DNA from: Antedon mediterranea
Lineage: Eukaryota; Animalia; Echinodermata
DNA length: 64,000 bases
Reading direction: 5' to 3'
Assembly (NCBI RefSeq): GCF_964355755.1
Contig: NC_092670.1
Location: 10,588,795-10,652,794, forward strand
Part shown: positions 24,921 through 36,974 of the stretch, one piece after another
Layout of the letters: every line of letters begins with the position of its first letter
Numbering within the stretch: the stretch's first letter is position 1
Translations under genes and position numbers: made by a program
Notes under the pieces: generated by a model
Databases searched by the model: none
Told to the model about the DNA's origin: nothing
Seen by the model: the letters and a program-made list of their open reading frames with translations, nothing else

Positions 24921-25702
24921 TTAATATATTTGGACATTATGTACTAATTTCATTCAAAAAGGCATTTAAATTAGCTTTAGATCGTTTTTAGGATTTTGAT
25001 TAATTAATGGGGACATCCCTACAAGACGTGGAATTGTTGGAAAAACCATAATTAGCTTAGATAAGTTCCAATTGTCTGTCGAAGTTTTGCCTTTCAGCCA
25101 AGCTAGTACTACTAGGCTACTAGGGTAGCCTAGGCCATGCTAGTATTAGGCTAGGCCTAGCCTAGGCGTTTTAGCCTTGCTAGGCCTAGGATTGTTTGGT
25201 CGTTTGTTGACATAATTAACACAAAAGTAGGTGTGTTTACGAAATCCATATAAATATAACATTTAATATAAAATTATTAAAAACCAAATGTTACTGTTTT
25301 TAATCAATGTGTGTGAATGAAATGTAGTAAGCTTTGGTTAGGGCTACCTTTTATTTGATTCAAATAACTAGAATTTATTTAGATGTTATATAAAACAAAT
25401 AATGAATGTTTTGTATTCGTGTAATGGTACAAATAATGGCACTTGGTGAATGATGAAAGGTTATATCAACTCGGCGTTGCCTCGTTGATATAACCTTTCA
25501 TCATTCACCTCGTGCCATTATTTGTACCATTACACTCATAAACATTCATTATTTGTATAATATTTTATGGTGATGCTATTATATGACATCAAATGTAAAC
25601 ATTAAAGTAGTATTGTTCTTTATCGAATTACCGCTTTCAATCTTTATTACATTATATAGTATTATATGGTGACGCTATTAAATAACATGAATTTAAACAT
25701 AT

Positions 25703-26337
25703 TGTAACGTTTTTCCTCCGCCTGTCTCTACTGTGTACTACGTACATTTCTCGGGTCCCTTTCTAGCCTGGTAGCAATCTCATTCGTTAGGCCTAGAGCC
25801 TGGCTAGCCTAGTTATTCATTATAGAATTAAAAGGTGATATACTCGGCTTATTGGAAGGAGTATGCTCTTTCTAATAAACGGACCACCGGAAGAGTCCCA
25901 CACCCTAGTTTATTTTATGGACAGATAGGAAGTTTAATCTCGCTTGGCTAGCCTATCAGGTTCCCAGGTTCTCTCATTCCGTCTAGGTCTAACACTCACT
26001 AAGTAATTATTGCTAGATAAATAAGGACTATGTGATTATGACAGGTAGCGTTAGGTTCGACGACAGTGATATTCCGTCGGCTTCACATACAATGTAAATA
26101 GATAGATAAATGAGGAAAGTTAGTAGATTATATTCTCATGAGCCTTTATGACTCTTTTATTTATAAACTTGCCAACTACAGTATTGATTAACAAAGATAC
26201 AAGAACAACGGGATGGATGGTCTCGCTCACTCAAAATCAAAACGAAGAGTGGTAGAGGTTTCTGGCTTTATTTGGCTTGCTACATTATAACAATAGGTAG
26301 AAAATAAATGATTTGGGCTGTACCAATTTCCGTTACA
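25703..26337 (-). mobile_element. Probable solo LTR
   Basis: Inverted termini TGTAACG...CGTTACA, 635 bp, minus-strand AATAAA near 26160; flanks atat/ttat are an imperfect 4-bp TSD. Confidence 0.55.
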
Positions 26338-26387
26338 TTATAAAGGAGTATTGTCCTATACCGAATTACTCTTACAATCTCTTATAG

Positions 26388-26563
26388 AGGACTGTTTATA
26401 CAATACAGAACAACAGTTATTTAAACATCTACGACGATTCTGCAGAACACCAAATATTGTACGTAACTATGACAGAAGTACACTGAATGAAATCACTACA
26501 AAATGTGGCTGGACATCTCTCAAGCAACAATATCTAACACTGCTTTCAAGTCAAGAATCATAA
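26388..26563 (+). CDS. GTDC1: GTDC1 terminal coding exon
   Basis: cttatag acceptor; A|AG=Lys then DCLYNTEQQLFKHLRRFCRTPNIVRN...GWTSLKQQYLTLLSSQES-stop, matching the remembered GTDC1 C-terminus; all six exons join in one frame. Confidence 0.88.
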
Positions 26564-28392
26564 TGGTGTATCACAATTTTCAAGATGCATAATTGCCGTG
26601 AATGGTAAATTATTAACTTATATACTACTTTTCAATTGGTATGCACTTTTATTATCCTAGCAATTATACCTGTCTCAGTACAATTCCAACTAATTTGATA
26701 TGTCTCATAACCCGGAGGCCAGTATCTCCCTGTATTCACCAACCTCCAACCCTCTTCAATCACATCCCTCACTTAGGGTTAAACAAAATAATAAATCCTT
26801 CCCAGTACAATTTTTAATTTGGGAAAAAAACAACTTAAGCTTCATAATGAGAGGCCAAGAGGATGATGCACAACTATGATAGGCCTATGGTTTAGATACT
26901 TTGCAAACTGTGTAAATGAATAGGTGTCGTATTGGCTAATGATTAAAATATCAATACAGCTACATATGATACAGCTGAAATACCTCTGCCCAAGGCTTCT
27001 TTCTCCTCTCCCTATCCCAGCCACAATCAACAAACCCTAACTCCTAGAACAGTTCAATCCCAATCATGTTGTGCTTCATTAGCCCCAAAACGCCAGTATC
27101 TCCGCCCCACTAGGTTTGAGACGTTTCTAGTATAAATTATATTGAGCCATACAGTATATCACTCCCAACCCATAACCCCTCAGTGGCAGTTTTTTAAAAA
27201 TATAGTTTAAAACATTTCCAGTAGAGTTTCAGCCATGTTGATAGGCCTACGACCCACCCCAAACTCCCAACTTCTTTCCAGAAATACTTAAAATTCAATT
27301 CAAATTGATAGCCTACTACCCTTAGCCCAAGCAAAAATCCCCACCATTCCTTTTACCGCAACTCCCCCCTCCCCCTTCTGACTTTGGGAATTTTTTAAAT
27401 GTAGTTTAAAACCTTCACAGTATAATTGCAGTCATTTTGATACCCATATGTATGGTTACGTGCAGAAACAGAAATTTGTATAACGAACAGAAAAACACAA
27501 TAGTGGAAAAAAGGTTGGGAATTTTGACCCATAACTTGTATTCAAGATGGCGGATGATGTTCAAATATAGTTTAGAACCTTTCCTGTACCATTATGGTCA
27601 TTTTGATACCCCATATGTGTACAGTAACAAAACAAAGTACAAGCAGATTCATAAGTTAAATTCATACAAAAAGAATTGATCAAAGTTTTGTTTTTTTGCT
27701 GAAAGTGATTTTTTGACGTTAATAAATTCAAAGTTGAATTTTGTAGTAGTTTATTTGCTTTTTAATGTTTAATACTTTCACTTTACCTTGGAAAATACAT
27801 TAGCATTCATCTTGTGTTTCTTTATGTCACTAATTTCCTTGATCATAACCAATATAATAAGATATATAATATACATTCATTGTAAGTTTTTATTTAATTT
27901 TTAATCATTTCAAAATAAGATTCAATTTAAAAACTTCAGCAAATATCCATTGAAAATACTCCTAAAATTAGATTAAAAATTACTAATTATTATTAATTAA
28001 AATATAGGAAATACTGATTTATGATTAGATATCAATTTGATTTTATTAATTAAAAACAATAATAATAATGTTACTATTGTATTAGCATAGTTTTAAATAA
28101 TACAATTAATATTGTTTTTACAGAATGACTTATTATGATTATTTGGTATAATATTTAAAAATGATTAATAATAAAACATTAATTGTTACTATTATATAAT
28201 TTAAAATACAAAATGAAAAATTCCATTTAATAAATTTTAAACAAATCACAGTTGATATGCCAATATATTTGATTAATATGTTATAACATTTGGATTATTA
28301 TAATAAAATAATTATTCAATGATAAAGCAAAATGATAATTTAAAAGAAACAAAGAAGAATCTAAATTATTAAATAATTACAGATTCTGATTT

Positions 28393-28639
28393 CAACCATC
28401 ATCACTGTTGTCTTAAAAGATCAAAATAGTGATCTCAGTTGATGCCATTGTAATGAGCTGTACCTGGTGTCAGACAAGCCCATTCAGGTATGAATCATGA
28501 ACATTCTCTTATGGGGCTCTTTTAACCATCATCACTGTTGTCTTAAAAGATCAAAATAGCGATCCCAGTTGATGCCATTGTAATCAGCTGTACCTGGTGT
28601 AAGACAAAGCCCATTCAGGTCTGAATCATGAACATTCTC
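28393..28639 (-). repeat. Two tandem degenerate copies of the FReD coding 3' end immediately after the FReD-2 stop
   Basis: 28509-28639 and ~28393-28508 read LNGLCLTPGTADYNGINW..KTTVMMVKRAP with frameshifts. Confidence 0.88.
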
Positions 28640-28905
28640 TTATGGGGCTCTTTTAACCATCATCACTGTCTTCTTGAGACTGTGGTACCTTCTATGGAAA
28701 TTCCACCAGCTGGTGCCTGTCAAACCCTCTGTACCTGGTGTAAGGTAAAGCCCATTCAGGTTTGAATGATGACAGTTATTGTACCACCAAGCACCTTTGT
28801 TATACTCAGCACAGTTAGTACCGATCCCGCTACCGCTTCTCTTATCATTGTCTCTATCATACGTTGAAAATTGTTGACCATTGTGGCGTGATGTCAAAGA
28901 ATCAC
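28640..28905 (-). CDS. FReD-2 terminal exon
   Basis: tttag acceptor; GDSLTSRHNGQQFSTYDRDND...NCAEYNKGAWWYNNCHHSNLNGLY...SLKKTVMMVKRAP-stop. Confidence 0.92.
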
Positions 28906-29159
28906 CTAAACAAACAAAATTTTAAATTAATTTTTAAATATTTGTTTTTCTTTCTGTTACAAATAAAATAAAAGATATTTGATATAAAAGGGAAAATAAA
29001 ACACAAATTTATAAATAGTTTTAATTTGTTTTTAATTTTTTGTTATTAACTATTCTTATATATCATATATTCTTTATTTTATTTTTGTTTTGTCAGAGTT
29101 ATTATACTTCAAAAGCAATGCATTTTAATAATGAAGAAAGCCAAAGTTATATGATAAGT

Positions 29160-29915
29160 AACAAGGCCAACAGCCATTAAGTCGCGTGCTACAATGCATA
29201 GTGATACCGGACAGACAGACCGACAGACAGACCGACAGACAGACAGACCGACCGACCGACATAGTGAACTATACTGACCGAAATTACTGAACAACATTAA
29301 AAATGTTGAAATGTTTAAAAACATTTATATTTTTTTAATTTACACGTGCGTAGCCTGTCACTTTCGACGTGCTCGTATAACGTAATTTCGAGTTGAAAAG
29401 TAAGTCAAGAAAACAGAAATCGGGCAAAAAGAATGCGCAATAACATTTAACGCGCAGTGCGCGCGCAAAAATATGCGCACTCATGGCAATTTTGTAAACG
29501 CTTAAAATTGCCTGAAATGTACTCTTATTTCATCGAAAATAAATTTTGAAAATTTTAAGCGCGCGTACGCATGCGTTACATGCGCTACGCACGTAATTGT
29601 ATTGCCATATGATGATTTATGCCCTGAAATTTATGAGTACCAAATTTTATTTAATTGTGATTCATGGTTGTTAAGATATGATTACAAACGTGATTTCGTT
29701 AAATCGTGCGTAGATCGCGTAATTTTTATTGCGCACCGTGAAAACATAACCACATCGATTCCTGGCCATAAGGAATATTCTGTGAAAAATTGACTTAGCT
29801 AGATTAAACTGATATCAAGATAAGGTCAGAAAGCGATAAAACGCATAGTGATACCGGACCGACAGACAGACCAACCGACCGACATAACTATAGAGTCGCT
29901 TCCACGCGACTAAAA
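29160..29915 (-). mobile_element. Helentron/DINE-1-like non-autonomous element with internal (GACA/GACC)n microsatellite
   Basis: Terminal hairpin agtcgc-ttccac-gcgact next to taaaaa, GACA/GACC arrays at 29209-29260 and 29857-29884; related pieces at ~43770-44100, ~54360-54570 and ~58980-59080. Confidence 0.6.
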
Positions 29916-31577
29916 AGTGAGATTAATAAAGTACTACTCTTCCCTTATTCGTTGTAGTATTGAGCTGGGATTTGGCATGAATATACAAAGCCATAGAGCC
30001 GGATTTTGAATATCATTGGCTCCTTGTTTAGGGACCACTGACTAATCCTATTGAATTAGAACAGGTAATGAATGCGTTCAACGTTGCAACATTTAGTAAG
30101 GAATTTAATCGTTATTTTTATCCATAGGTTTTTTTTTAAATAACAAAAAATATAATATAATGTACCACACAGTTATATATTTTCGACTAGTTAGCCGTTA
30201 TTGAAGAGATAATAGTGAGTTTTGACAAAAAGTCTTGCCGCGTTGATCGGTGGGCTAGGCCAGGCCGAGCTAATCGTAGTCGCTAATTTATTGTTGATTT
30301 TCTCAAAATGAAGATTTTCTGAGCTATAAATAGTGACTCGTATGTTTTCATTAATGTGTTATTTTTTTTTTTACTATTTATACAAATTTATATATTATTT
30401 TTATCAATTATTGCAAAATCTTACTTTTCAGCCTTTTGGCTGCCGTTGTATTATTGATTTCTTTTTTATGAATAAATATACATGAAGTGATTTAATAAAC
30501 CAATTTTAATAAACAACGCCTCATTTTAAAGCTTATTAAACATAGTTTATAAATATAAAACATCTTAAAATGTGTTTACACTACGCCGATTTTGTGATGC
30601 CATGCCTCAATTCTGTAGTTACTGGTAGTAATTATATTTTGTTCACTCTACGAACCTGTTTGTGCAATTTTTTAGAATGCTTGTTTGGATATTAATCATA
30701 CACATACTGTTGCAGCACTGACTGTCTCATAAATGCCTACTACATTAAAACAAACTAAAATCAGTAAATGTAGTAACTGCAGTAAATGCAGTTTAATAAT
30801 TTTAACATGATCAATTGATAAGATAAGTTGTTGTACTGTGAGTGCATTTGCACATTTAAATATAGTTAGATTCGTTTCAGGCCTGTAAGAAGGAATTGCG
30901 AAGTGGGAGGGCCATACAAAAAATGTACTTCATAGACAGTTTACAGAGTACTTTGCATTCAAGGTGATCACCTTTGGGCTTTACATTATATTTTAGACGC
31001 GACATCAATTGATAATCAAAAATTATCGAATGATTATTATTTGTTGTTTAAACTTTTAAATGTTGTGGTCTAGGCCTAATTATGACATAACTAGTGAAAT
31101 TATGGGGCTATTTCACAAAGGCGTAGAATTATATTTTCATGAGGTTCACGTCAATATCATTATTAGAATTGTTTTGTTCTACTTTTCAGATGTTTAGAAG
31201 CTTTTCTTTTAATGTTTGTCTAATTTCTTTAAGCTAAATTTGATGGAAAGACAGCCTCAAATTATGCTAGAACGCTGCTGTGTCTTGTGACTTTAGCCCT
31301 GACTTTAGACCCTGACGCCACCGCTGCTTAGGTACAGTACATGTCTCAAGTTCTTTCCCAGTAGTCAATTTCCTTATCATTTAGCTGTGTTTAATCAGTC
31401 ATAATTCTAACATTATTTTTATTATCCTTTAAATGTGATAAATGCAAATCAAACCCTATATGTGTCCATAGATTATTTTCACTGCAAAGTACTAAGTGTG
31501 TATAAGGCCTTAAAAAAGGTTAATTCTTAGTATACTTAATGTGTTTTTAAATGTAAATATAGATTGAATATACTAAC

Positions 31578-31839
31578 CTGCAGTTCCATTGTATCCACTG
31601 ATTGTCAAAGTATAGTTAGAGTCCTCAGTACCAACACGAAAGTGAGAATATTTTGCGATCTTCATTTCATCCAAGTGGTCAGTCATCTCTATTAGAAGCT
31701 CAAAACTGCCATCAAATGTTATACGGTTGATCTGTTCATTACCAAGCCAGAACTCTGAGTTCACATTTCCAAAACCCTCTTTGTATTCTGCCCAACTACG
31801 GTAGAAATCGACCAATCCATCTTCTCTTCTTTGTAATAC
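31578..31839 (-). CDS. FReD-2 middle exon
   Basis: 262 nt, same phases as FReD-1 exon 3; VLQRREDGLVDFYRSWAEYKEGFGNVNSEFWLGNEQI...GYNGTAG. Confidence 0.92.
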
Positions 31840-31899
31840 CTGGTAATGACCATAGATAGTACTTAATGAATAAGATAGTATTGTACTTCACTTAATAAG

Positions 31900-31965
31900 A
31901 TGTAGAGGTATAAACGGCAGGTTAGTGATCTGGTCGGTTGTAGGTTCGAGTCCAACCCAAGAATT
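31900..31965 (+). mobile_element. tRNA-derived SINE head fragment
   Basis: B-box ggttcgagtcc at ~31943-31953 with a degenerate A-box; no full cloverleaf. Confidence 0.4.
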
Positions 31966-32477
31966 ACTTGTCAAAGTATTCTCAATGTAAAAGTAAAGTA
32001 CAAATTATGTCATAGTAGGGCAAAACATCTGACCAATTACTTAACACCCTGACGCAAGGCTCCACAGTAGTTACAAACAATTTTTAAATTAAAAAATAAG
32101 ATATGATCATGATGCATGACAAATTTGTAATTATGCATGTGTTTGTGCACAATGCATGTTTCTAAGATCACTTTGAAATGCAGGACCATCGCGCACAATG
32201 CGAGAAGGTTGTTTACGATGGAATAAATGAATAAAGATAAAACAATAATGACAAAACGTGAAATGATGAAAATACGAAAAAAGTATCTTATTGTAAGAAC
32301 TTGACCAATAATAAACAAGATGTATTTAGTTTATTGTAATTTAAAATTTGATATACTTATTTTGTTTACAGTTAGGTGTTAGCTCGTAGTGTTTAACTGC
32401 GAATAGTAAGCTGCAGCCTCTGTATTACATTACTGTACCCTCTCTAATAATATCTAAATTATTGTTTTTATACTTAC

Positions 32478-32614
32478 CGTCCAACTGCCATCATCCTTCA
32501 TGTCACAGTAGACAGTAATCTCTCGTCCTCCATCTCCTGGCTGTATCACATATTGACCACTCACAGCAGAAGGATCATTTCGTAAAATGTCACCACAGTC
32601 CCTCATACAACACT
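32478..32614 (-). CDS. FReD-2 exon encoding the FReD N-terminus; first (signal) exon not located
   Basis: tgttag acceptor, gtaagt donor; CCMRDCGDILRNDPSAVSGQYVIQPGDGGREITVYCDMKDDGSWT. Confidence 0.9.
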
Positions 32615-32634
32615 CTAACATTACAATTTGTAAA

Positions 32635-33507
32635 GATTTCGATCCAAGTCGGCCCTAAACCGTCTCGGCCAAAGTCAAGTCGGCCCCAAGTCAAGTTGGC
32701 CCCAAGTCAACTCGCCCCAGGTCAACTCGGCCTCAAGTCAACTCGGCCTCAAGTCAACTCGGCCTCACATCAACTCGGCCAAAAAATAATCGGTCAACTC
32801 GGCCCCGTTAAAGTATGGAACGCAAAAAGTGCAAAGGAAGGGGATTGATATTTCTTCACATTTTCGTGCGTCAAAATTCAATAAACATGTCCGATATGCG
32901 AGGACATTTATTAGGTGTAATAAGATTGCTTGGTTGAATCATTGAGGTATAAAATAATGGTAACTCCATGGTTGAATCACGCGTAGATATTTTCAGTGTA
33001 TGCATTTGATTAGGCGACAACATCTGAAACCAATTCGTAGCCTCCCTCTGCGCCTTTGGCAGCTATTTCAATATCTAAAACTGCTACGTGTTTTCGCTGA
33101 CCGGGGGATTCACCTTTTTTAAAAATGCAAATCATGAAAAAAAAACGATATGTACGATCATTTTTTCTATGGCCAAATGGTGGAACGTAGACCTACGTCT
33201 TCGATTTACTAAAATGCGGTACCTGCTCGTGTTTTTGTAACACGCGGGTACTTCTATTCATATCGGCAATGAGATCATTTTTTTATATGAGTATTTTTTT
33301 TATTTCTTCATTTTTTTTAAAGCGTGGATAGTAATTAATAATCATAATAATATTAAGCACTTTTTGCGTTCCATACTTTATTGTGACCGAGTTGACCGAT
33401 TAGTTTTTGGCCGAGTTGACGTGAGGCCGAGTTGCCTTGAGGCCGACTTGACGTGGGGCCGACTTGACTTAGGCCGAGACAGTTTGGGGCCGATTTGACC
33501 TGCACCC
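32635..33507. mobile_element. Mutator-like foldback MITE
   Basis: Long TIRs built from aagtcaactcggcc repeats; tttgtaaa duplicated at 32627-32634 and 33508-33515. Confidence 0.8.
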
Positions 33508-34739
33508 TTTGTAAATGATAAAAAAAATATCATAAAGTATGAAAACATTCGGTTAATAGAAGACCTGCTTTATTATATAGATTGTAACGATAAAAAAAAA
33601 AGTATGAAAACAATAGAAAGTTACAACATTGCATCCCACAACCTTACTATTTTGATTTTAAAATGTGGGAGGTCTAAAATTGGGTGAAGCTTTGAAAAAT
33701 TGGCTTTTATTTTATTATTATTATTTATTAAAATAAAATACAAGATTGTGACATTCTCTTTTGAGATATTGTCCGTCATTCCTGAACTCTCCTACACCTG
33801 GCATCACTGTACACAAACAAAGTGTGAAGACGCGATCATGGTAAAACAGCCTTTTAAACGTATTGTAATTCCTCCTTTTTCGTTGTATTTTACTTTGAAA
33901 TCATCTTTTATACATGTGTTGAATATGAAGACTTGCTTTGCGAAGAAACTCTAATCTCTGTTTAAATGTGCATTACCCACGGGCATCAAAGCACAAATAG
34001 AGCCAACGTTAGGCTACAGAATTTGCATATACAGCTACAGCAATGGCCGGGTCTAGCATTTTTTAGATTCTCACGCAGCAGAAAAACAACGAACAGGAAT
34101 ACATTAAGAAGTTTGTGAGTAACCTGCTTGACATATACCAGTATGACAAAACAGAAATACTGGTGTTTATTTTTCTAGTCCAAGTAGTGGCAGAATTCCA
34201 GACCACCTGATTCGACTACGAGAGACGTAGTACAATGAGATCTTGTGCTATGTTTTCCTGAATATGAAGGAAGGAGCTTTACATAAGAAGGAAGTTAGCC
34301 CTTCTCGCAGAGGACATACCATCGGTTGTTCAATTATCAACAAGATTCCCGACTCCCGACTTAATAACGTTTTTAAACCCAGCGCATGTATGTTGAACGA
34401 CTCGGCTGCAAACTGATGTACAATTGGCAAACAACAATACCGAGGACTTAATCGAGGGTTTGCGCTGTGTTAAAGAACCAAGTTTAACTCTTAACCAGAG
34501 CGATCTTAGAATAAAGACCAATGAGTGTCTACCTTCATTAGTTGCTATCGACAACATTCAATCCATTTTTCAAGCTGATACGTCTAATAACTTCATCAGC
34601 CCAAAAAGTCCATCAGTCATTATGGATTTAACAACTGAAACTTCCATTATGTCTACACCCGCAGAACTTTCTCCTAAATTGTTGTCTGGTGAGTTTGGCA
34701 ACCAGGCAACAGACGATTTGATATCCCAAGCAATACCTG

Positions 34740-36656
34740 TGGTCGTATTCACCAATCTCACTTAGGCTAAGGGAAATACTTACCCTTAAAATTTTAGAAT
34801 TCCCTTAACAAAGGAAAACACTTAAGGGGTATTCACAAATGAGTTAAGGGAATCACTTACCTAAGGAAAACACTTAATTTAAGGGTAAAACTTAAGGGTA
34901 AAAATAATCATAAATATTCATGAGTTGTCCCATTGTCCAATCACAGAGGATTTAATTGGACTCGCAATAGGTCTAGCCTAGATGCTACTAACAAACCAAC
35001 ATTCTGTGCAGGCTTAAACCTGTCTGTATTGAGGAATATGCATCCTAGGCTGGTTACTTGGAAGACCAACAGGGGGCCTAGCATCTCTACCTAGCCTAAT
35101 AGACTGGGGGATGATTTATATTACAACGAAATGAGAAGCCATCTTCCACGAAAATAATGGCAGTCAAAATAAAAACAAATAAATGAATATAGGCCTAGAC
35201 TAATTTGTATGGTAAGGATCAGCAAAAAAGGTCTAGATGCTACTCAAATCAAACCAAACATGAATCCCTAGGGTGTCACGAAACCTAAGACCACGAAAGC
35301 TAAGACCCAAGACCTAAGATTACAAATATTTATCTTTCGCACCTGCCTTGTATTTTAACTCCCAACATTTATTCTGAATACACACCTTAGAATTGGCACT
35401 TTCATGAAAGAGAATCACATAAAAAGTAACAAATACATTTTTAAATTGATGATTTTACAGACGTTTTTCTCGCACACAAAATGTTGACTAGCCTACAGTA
35501 CAGTAGGCCTACCCCATGTTCAATGTTTTTGTTTATATGGAACGTCAAAAGAGCAAAAATTATATAGAGGGCTGAAAACTCTGTGGAGTCCATCTACAGT
35601 GTGGATGGAACAATGTAAAATTAAAATTGTAATGATAATAGTATAATCATGCAAGTACGAGGAAATAAATACTGGCAAATAAATTTTAATTAAAAAATCA
35701 TGATAAGTTTTTCTGTTTTTATACTTGTACTATTATTGTTGCTCTTTTGGCGCTCCATAGAAACAAAAACATTGAGCATGGGGAGCTCGACGAGTTACAT
35801 TACAGTATACAAAGAAACACATCTGTAAAATCATAAATTTAAAGGATTTATTTATTTGTTATTATGTGTTTCTCCTTTTGAAAGTACTTATAAGTCCTAA
35901 TTTTAAAGTGTGGTGTTCAGGATAAAGTTAGTCAACAAATTTGGAGTTAAAATACAAGAAAGGCAGGTGCGTAAGAAAAACATCCTCTGAACCAACACAA
36001 TGGAGTAAATATATACAAACAAACAACCCATCAAGTTTGTTTGTTGTAAAGAAAAAATATACATTTACTCAACGGGCGAAAATAATGTGAGTTTATCTAT
36101 GTTTTGCGGTGGTATTAAATTATATTTATGGTAATAAATGAAACCTACTGTGTTTAAAATTATGTATGGATAAACAAGTATTGTTTTTAAGCTGTAGTAT
36201 ATCTTAGAATTGGTAATCTTAGGTCTTGGGTCTTAGCTTTCGTGATCTTAGGTCTTAGGGGGTCTTAGCTTTCGTGGTCTTAGGTTTCGTGACACCCTGA
36301 ATCCCTAGGCTAGGCTGGTTACTGGGCACACCAACAGGGGGCCTAGCATCTCTACCTATGACTGGGGCTGTCTACAAGTAGGCATAGTACTCGCACATAC
36401 AGAATCGTCAGCACAACCAAGGTACTGAATAGTTAAGGGAACTTTTAAGGGACCTCTGAGGTCCCTTAAAAGTTAAGGGGCCTCTGAGGTCCCTTAAAAG
36501 TTAAGGAGAAAATAGACCAAGTTAAGGGTTTCCCTTAACTTTAAACCCTTTGTGAATACCACTTAAGTGAAACCCTTAATATTTTCTTGATTTAAGGGAA
36601 ATTCTTAGGATTTAAGGGAAATATCTCACTTAATGTGATTTTGGTGAATACGGCCA
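34740..36656. mobile_element. PIF/Harbinger-like non-autonomous element
   Basis: TIR tggtcgtattcaccaa / ttggtgaatacggcca flanked by ctg/cag, subterminal ttaaggg repeats at both ends. Confidence 0.72.
35271..36297. mobile_element. Mutator-like MITE nested in the previous element
   Basis: TIR gggtgtcacgaaacctaagaccacgaaagctaagacc, perfect 10-bp TSD tgaatcccta (35261-35270, 36298-36307). Confidence 0.85.
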
Positions 36657-36974
36657 CAGGCTCTGAACTTCCCAAATTTTCAACTCCAAATAAACCAAAG
36701 GAGGAAGTTAAAACACCACGCTTCCATCGCTTTTTCATACGTTTAGTGGAGGACTTCATCAATCTACTTCGAATGCAGCGTTAAGAAAACATATACATGA
36801 CATCGGTATCCGCAGCGTCACTGATATAATTTCGCTGAAAAATCGCAATCATCCTTGCCTCATTCTGTGTTGTGTTGGACAATGAATCTGATACTCTGAT
36901 CATCTCATCACCTGAATCGTGGCCAGACAGAGTTCGCGTGAGGAACTTTACACCTAGAAAGCCGAGGAATAACT

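Larger units (their letters stand above)
21211..25560 (+). mobile_element. Helentron-associated (HINE)-like non-autonomous element split by the LINE insertion
   Basis: 23-nt subterminal inverted repeat ttatataacacctaaataaattc (21211) / gaatttatttagatgttatataa (25371), then a long palindrome 25395-25556 with loop tcggcgttgcctc; partial second copy at ~52865-53170. Confidence 0.6.

Noticed and set aside
31900-31965. Possible tRNA gene (also tRNA-like heads at ~53920-53995 and ~58560-58630, minus strand)
   Set aside because: Only box A/B remnants; no acceptor stem or cloverleaf, so SINE-like
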